DNA of 64,000 nucleotides. It comes from Solirubrobacterales bacterium. GTDB taxonomy: Bacteria; Actinomycetota; Thermoleophilia; Solirubrobacterales; 70-9. Every line of letters starts with the position of its first letter. The stretch's first letter is position 1. Of this stretch, positions 59,513 through 64,000 are shown piece after piece. Location: NCBI GenBank assembly GCA_035502495.1, contig DATJUK010000141.1, forward strand, positions 22,545-86,544, given 5' to 3'. Both the position numbers and the translations under genes were made by a program. Under the pieces are notes generated by a model, which was not told the DNA's origin, ran no database searches, and was given only the letters and a program-made list of their open reading frames with translations.

Positions 59513-61128
59513 GCAAGCGCGCCCCCAGCACCACGCAGCTCCTCGTGATCACGGCGTTCGCCCTTGCCTGCTTCGGGATCCTGCTCTTCCTCTGGGTCAC
59601 CTTCGGCGGCCCGACCCCGTTCAAAGCGAAGAGCTACCAGGTCAAGGTCCCGTTCACCGAGGCCTCGCAGCTGGCCGAACAGTCCGACGTCCGGATCTCG
59701 GGCGTCGACGTGGGCAAAGTCGAAAGCATCGAACTGGGGCCGAAGGGCAAGGAAGCGATGGCCCTCCTGAACATCGACGACAAGTACGCGCCCCTGCCGG
59801 CCTCGACCCGGGCGATGCTGCGGACGAAGACGCTGCTCGGCGAGACCTACGTCGAACTGACGCCCGGCGCCGCCGGGGAACCGCCGCTCGAGGACGGCGC
59901 CACCTTGCCCGCCGCGCAGGTGACCGAATCGGTGCAGCTCGACGAGATCTTCCAGGCCTTCAACCCGAAGACCCGCCGCGCCTTCCAGACCTGGATGCAG
60001 GAAGCGGCGGTGGCGATCGAAGGTCAGGGTCAGAACCTCTCCTACGCGATCGGCAGCCTCGAACCGACCTTCCGGGAATTCGAAGGCCTCTTCCGCGTCC
60101 TCAACAGCCAGGAAGCGGCGGTCTCCGCGCTGTTCAGCAACGGGGCGAAGACCTTCGAAGCGCTGCGCGGGCGCGAAGGGGAGCTGGCGAACCTGATCCG
60201 GAGCTCCAACGAGCTCTTCAAGACGACCGCGTCGCGCAACCAGGACATCGAAGCGCTGTTCCGCGCCTTCCCGACCTTCCAGGACGAGTCCCGCCTCACC
60301 GTCGATCGCCTCCAGCGCTTTGCCGTCAATGCCGACCCGCTCTCGAGACAGCTGGTGCCGGTCGCCGAACAGCTGTCGCCGACCCTGATCGCCTTCGGCA
60401 AGCTGGCGCCGGAAGCGAAGAAGCTCTTCGAAGCGCTGCCGCCGGTGATCAAGGAGGCGCCGACCGGCTTCCCGGCGCTGCGCAAGCTCTTCCGCGACGA
60501 CTTCCCGCCGCTGCTGCGCGCCTCCGAACCATTCGTCCGCAACCTGAATCCGGTGGTGACCGGCCTCGACCTCTACAAACGGGACATCGCCGCCTCCTTC
60601 GGCAACCTCGCCGCCGCCTTCCACGGTCGGCTGACCGCGAGCGAAACGGGCACCGCTGCCCACTACCTGCGGGTGATGGGCCCGATCAACGCCGAAACCT
60701 TGTCCACCTATCCGACTCGACTCACCAGCAACCGAAACAGCCCGTACAGCCCGTCCGGGTGGGCCGCGCTCCTCGCCGAAGGTTCGCTGCCCGTCTACGA
60801 CAACCGCCAATGCACCTCGGGCACCTCGGCCACGGTGGCGCCGACGCCGGGAAGCAACCCGGCCCTGCTGGAACGCATCCCCACCGAACGCTTCAAATAC
60901 AACCCGGCCCTGCCGAACGAAGAAGAAGTCGTCAAGCCCAGTCAGGAACAGCGCGAAAAAGAAGCCGAAGCGCTGCTCTCCTACCTGAAGACCTTCGCGT
61001 TCGGCGGTCAGTCCGGCACCGCCGGTTCCCCCGCCCCGGCCTGCAATCTGCAGAAGCCGTTCGAATCGATCTACGGCAGCGGCGAAAAGACCCAGTACCA
61101 GCACACCTACGAACAGACCGGCCGCTGA
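59509..61128 (+). CDS. MCE/MlaD-family protein 6 of 6
   Basis: TTGA overlap. TM, MCE domain (YQVKVPFTEASQLAEQSDVRISGVDVGKVESI...LLGETYVELTPG), long C-terminal tail. Confidence 0.9.
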   Translation: MSKRAPSTTQLLVITAFALACFGILLFLWVTFGGPTPFKAKSYQVKVPFTEASQLAEQSDVRISGVDVGKVESIELGPKGKEAMALLNIDDKYAPLPASTRAMLRTKTLLGETYVELTPGAAGEPPLEDGATLPAAQVTESVQLDEIFQAFNPKTRRAFQTWMQEAAVAIEGQGQNLSYAIGSLEPTFREFEGLFRVLNSQEAAVSALFSNGAKTFEALRGREGELANLIRSSNELFKTTASRNQDIEALFRAFPTFQDESRLTVDRLQRFAVNADPLSRQLVPVAEQLSPTLIAFGKLAPEAKKLFEALPPVIKEAPTGFPALRKLFRDDFPPLLRASEPFVRNLNPVVTGLDLYKRDIAASFGNLAAAFHGRLTASETGTAAHYLRVMGPINAETLSTYPTRLTSNRNSPYSPSGWAALLAEGSLPVYDNRQCTSGTSATVAPTPGSNPALLERIPTERFKYNPALPNEEEVVKPSQEQREKEAEALLSYLKTFAFGGQSGTAGSPAPACNLQKPFESIYGSGEKTQYQHTYEQTGR

Positions 61129-61138
61129 CGCCGGCGTG

Positions 61139-61174
61139 GCTCCTCTGACCTAGGCCTTTTCCGAGGTCAGGAGC
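61139..61174. terminator. Bulged hairpin between the convergent mce-6 and glycosyltransferase genes
   Basis: GCTCCT(CT)GACCT-AGGCCTTTTCCG-AGGTCAGGAGC. Confidence 0.45.
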
Positions 61175-61200
61175 TGGGCGCCGGCGACGAGGTGTCGCCG

Positions 61201-62502
61201 CTACCGAGGCGCCACGGCGCGCTCGATCAGGTCGGCGGCGCGCGCCGTCCCCGGGGCCGCCTGCAGCCGGCGCGAGGTCTGGGCGAGGCGATCGGCAAGC
61301 TTCGCGTCGTCGAGCAGCCGCGCGATCGTCCCGCGCAGCTCGTCGGGCCGGTGGGCGTAGGTGTCGAGGCGGACGCCGTAGCCGGTCTCGTCGATGCGCT
61401 GGGCGTTGTCGTGTTGGTCCCAGAAGATCGGCAGCACCACCATCGGCTTGCCGAAGAAGAGAGACTCGGTGACGGTGTTGTTGCCGCCGTGGGTGACCAC
61501 CAGGTCGACCTGGGGGAGGACCGAGGTCTGGGGGAGGAACTCGGCCCCGGCCATGTTCGGGGCGAGGTCGAACTCGGCGGCCTGCGGTCCCTTGGAGACG
61601 ACGAAGCGGTAGGGCGCCTCGGCGAGCTCCGCCACCAGGGTGCGCATCAGCTCGACGTCGGCCGAGCCGAGCGAGCCGAGGCTGAGGTAGACGAGCGGCT
61701 CCTCGCCGCCCGCCAGCTCGTCGGGAAGCCGCCAGTCGGGGTCGGTGGCCCGCACGCTCGCGCCCAGGTTGTGCCAGGTTGGGCCGAGCGGCTCGCGCCG
61801 CGGGTAGTCGACCTCCTCCGGATAGAGGTAGAGGTTCAGGGTCGGGCTGGCGTGGATGAAGTCGTCGCGGGGGAGGGGCGGGGCGCCGCGCTCGCGGCAG
61901 AACTCGTCGAAGTCGGCGTGCATCTCCGCGTGGGCGGCCCGGTAGGCCTCCCGGAACTCGGCCCAGCCGGAGCGGTCCTCGCTCGGCAGCCCGGAGAAGA
62001 CCGGCGGCAGGTCGGGGTCCTTGATCTCCAGCGGGTTGCAGGAGTCGATCCGCGCCCACGGTCGGCCGCCGGCGAAGAGGGCCGGGAAGGTGACCACGTT
62101 GTCCTCGACCACGAGGTCGGGCTCCAGCTCGCCGATGATCTCGGTGAGCCGCGCGTCGACGTACTTGGAGCCGTCGATCAGCGCCTGGAAGGTGGGCGCG
62201 ATGAACTCGGCGAGCTGGTCGATGGTCGGCTTGCGGAAGACCGGCGCGGTGTCGCGGATGAAGTCCTTCCAGAACTGGCCCGGCGCTTCCTCGGTCTCCG
62301 GCGGCGGGCCCAGGCGCATCGTCCGCTCCTCGAACCCCTGCGCCGCGAGCGTCCCGGCGAAGGACTCCTCGACTATGAAGACGACCCGGTGACCGCGGCG
62401 GCGGAGCACGTCGCCGATGCCGACGCAGTTGTTGGTCGGCCCGAAAGCACCCTCCGGGAAGAAGACGATCGTCGCGGCCGCCGCGCTCACGCTGCTAAAC
62501 AT
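61201..62502 (-). CDS. GT1-family (UDP-glycosyltransferase, MGT-like) glycosyltransferase
   Basis: ..IVFFPEGAFGPTNNCVGIGDVLRRRGHRVVF.., C-terminal ..VVTHGGNNTVTESLFFGKPMVVLPIFWDQHDNA.. nucleotide-sugar motif. Confidence 0.88.
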   Translation of the reverse strand: MFSSVSAAAATIVFFPEGAFGPTNNCVGIGDVLRRRGHRVVFIVEESFAGTLAAQGFEERTMRLGPPPETEEAPGQFWKDFIRDTAPVFRKPTIDQLAEFIAPTFQALIDGSKYVDARLTEIIGELEPDLVVEDNVVTFPALFAGGRPWARIDSCNPLEIKDPDLPPVFSGLPSEDRSGWAEFREAYRAAHAEMHADFDEFCRERGAPPLPRDDFIHASPTLNLYLYPEEVDYPRREPLGPTWHNLGASVRATDPDWRLPDELAGGEEPLVYLSLGSLGSADVELMRTLVAELAEAPYRFVVSKGPQAAEFDLAPNMAGAEFLPQTSVLPQVDLVVTHGGNNTVTESLFFGKPMVVLPIFWDQHDNAQRIDETGYGVRLDTYAHRPDELRGTIARLLDDAKLADRLAQTSRRLQAAPGTARAADLIERAVAPR

Positions 62503-63342
62503 ATGCGCAGGGTGGATTTCGGCATCGGATATTTCCCCACCGCCGACGCGGTAGGCCCGGGCGAGCTGGCCGCCTGGCTGGAGGAGCGCGGCTTCGAGTC
62601 GCTGGTCTTCGCCGAGCACACCCACATCCCGGCCAGTCGCGAGTCCCCCTATCCCGGCGGCGGCGAGCTGCCCCGCAAGTACACGGCGACGCTCGACCTC
62701 TTCGTCGCGCTGACCGCGGCGGCGGTGGCGACGACGCGCCTGCGGGTCGGCAGCGGCATCGCGCTGATCGTCGAGCGCGACCCGATCATCACCGCCAAAG
62801 AGGCGGCCTCGATCGACGTCCTCTCCGGCGGCCGCTTCGAGCTCGGCGTCGGCGCCGGCTGGAACCGCGAGGAGATGGAGAACCACGGCACCGATCCGCG
62901 TACGCGGATGCGCCTCTTCGCCGAGCGGACCGAAGCGATCAAGGCGATCTGGACCGAGCGCGAGGCGAGCTTCCACGGCGAGTTCGTCGACTTCGAGCGG
63001 ATCCTCTGCGAGCCGAAGCCGGCGCAGCGGCCCCACCCGCCGATCCTGGTCGGCGGGCTCGGGCCGACGGTGATCGACCGGGTCCTCGCCTTCGGCGACG
63101 CCTGGTTCCCGAACTGGACGCCGGACGTCCTCGACCGCGCCGCCGAGCTGCGCGCGCGGGCCGAACGGCCGATCGACTTCATGGCGATGGGCCCGCCCGC
63201 CAAGCCGGAGGTGCTGGAGGAGCTCTTCGAGGCGGGCACGCGGCGGGTCTCCTGGTGGGTGCCGAGCGCCGGGCGCAGCGTGATCGAGCCGCGGCTGGAG
63301 CGGATCGAGAAGGCGATCGCCGAATTCACCGGCGAGGCCTAG
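62503..63342 (+). CDS. LLM-class (luciferase-like) probable F420-dependent oxidoreductase
   Basis: ..FGIGYFPT.., ..LVFAEHTHIP.., ..LSGGRFELGVGAGWNREEME.., ..PPILVGG... Confidence 0.9.
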   Translation: MRRVDFGIGYFPTADAVGPGELAAWLEERGFESLVFAEHTHIPASRESPYPGGGELPRKYTATLDLFVALTAAAVATTRLRVGSGIALIVERDPIITAKEAASIDVLSGGRFELGVGAGWNREEMENHGTDPRTRMRLFAERTEAIKAIWTEREASFHGEFVDFERILCEPKPAQRPHPPILVGGLGPTVIDRVLAFGDAWFPNWTPDVLDRAAELRARAERPIDFMAMGPPAKPEVLEELFEAGTRRVSWWVPSAGRSVIEPRLERIEKAIAEFTGEA

Positions 63343-63376
63343 TGCCGTCCCGGAGGCATCCGGGGGCGCGGCGGGC

Positions 63377-63787
63377 GTGAGCCCGGAGGAGGCGCGCGAG
63401 CGGTTCGCCGCGGCCCGCGTCGCCCGGCTCGCCACCGCCGACGCCGCCGGCCGTCCCCACCTCGTGCCGATCGCCTTCGCGGTCGCGGGCGAGACGATCT
63501 ACAGCGCGGTCGACGCGAAACCGAAGCGCACCCGGGCGCTGCGCAGGCTCGCCAACGTGCGGGAGAACGCCGCCGTCTCGCTGCTGGTCGACCACTGGGA
63601 CGAGGAGGACTGGGAGCGGCTCTGGTGGGTGCGGGCCGACGGCGTCGGCAGGGTGCTCGACGCGGACGCGCCGGAGGCGAATCGCGCGCTCGGGCTGCTG
63701 CGCGAGCGCTACCCGCGCCAGCGCGAGGCGGGCGAGGTGCTCGCGGTGGACGTCGGGCGCTGGAGCGGCTGGAGCGGCTCGGGCTGA
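63377..63787 (+). CDS. PPOX-class (pyridoxamine 5'-phosphate oxidase-like) probable F420-dependent enzyme
   Basis: ..ARVARLATADAAGRPHLVPIAFAV.GETIYSAVD.KPK........RLANVRENAAVSLLVDHWDEEDWERLWWVRADG... Confidence 0.85.
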   Translation: MSPEEARERFAAARVARLATADAAGRPHLVPIAFAVAGETIYSAVDAKPKRTRALRRLANVRENAAVSLLVDHWDEEDWERLWWVRADGVGRVLDADAPEANRALGLLRERYPRQREAGEVLAVDVGRWSGWSGSG

Positions 63788-63831
63788 CCGGCGCCCGCGG
63801 CGTCACGCCCGCCGCGTAGATTGCCCGGTCG

Positions 63832-64000
63832 ATGGAGGCCCACCGTTCGATCGAGCGCTTCGAGTCGGGGCACCGCGCGGGCGGCGGAGAGCTCGACACG
63901 CCCCACTTCGCCCGCCAGGCGGCGCTCGTCGTCGCGGTGATGGCGGCCTTCCTCGCGATCGCCACCTTCCTCTCCAACGAGGCGGTGAAGGAGGTGGTCA
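63832..64000 (+). CDS. Partial CDS (runs off window end), DUF4337-like small membrane protein
   Basis: The ATG at 63832 opens a frame to the window edge: MEAHRSIERFESGHRAGGGELDTPHFARQAALVVAVMAAFLAIATFLSNEAVKEVV. High GC3. Not in the ORF track because no stop is reached. Confidence 0.4.
   Translation, partial: MEAHRSIERFESGHRAGGGELDTPHFARQAALVVAVMAAFLAIATFLSNEAVKEVV

Overview
Very GC-rich bacterial chromosome segment (third codon positions are almost all G/C). Gene content and order look actinobacterial, possibly a deep-branching lineage such as Thermoleophilia or Rubrobacteria, but that is a guess. It covers the replication-origin neighbourhood: gyrA<-gyrB<-DUF721(dciA-like)<-recF<-dnaN<-[DnaA-box cluster]<-dnaA, then divergently rpmH->rnpA->yidD->yidC, an inverted rsmG/jag block, parA->parB and tRNA-Ile. 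Two identical parS-like 16-mers lie at the rnpA/yidD junction. Housekeeping genes follow: ddl, an aminotransferase, ymdB, an ABC-2 exporter, hemB-ahbAB-hemL, qcrABC, menG, a polyprenyl synthase and tatAC. Two regions look accessory. (i) 33.5-38.9 kb is a four-gene operon of exported proteins: a 4-Cys protein (P0), an FGE-fold protein, a Cys-loop beta-propeller and a Cys-type sulfatase. (ii) 45.5-61.1 kb holds three tandem paralogs of the same 4-Cys family, placed divergently from an MMPL transporter with a very large helical-repeat ectodomain. A fifth paralog follows, placed divergently from six translationally coupled MCE/MlaD genes. No YrbE/MlaE permease or MceG/MlaF ATPase gene is adjacent to them. 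This P-family/MMPL/Mce locus is my best candidate for an undescribed envelope (lipid?) transport system, but the functional link is inference from gene order. The other main non-coding signal is a composite foldback repeat. It is present twice (4.6 kb and 15.9-16.4 kb), each time between convergent genes, and its outer stems show compensatory changes between copies. The second copy sits at one breakpoint of the jag-rsmG inversion. I saw no transposase, integrase, phage gene, CRISPR array or rRNA. Most long ORFs in the six-frame track are antisense or off-frame shadows of real genes.
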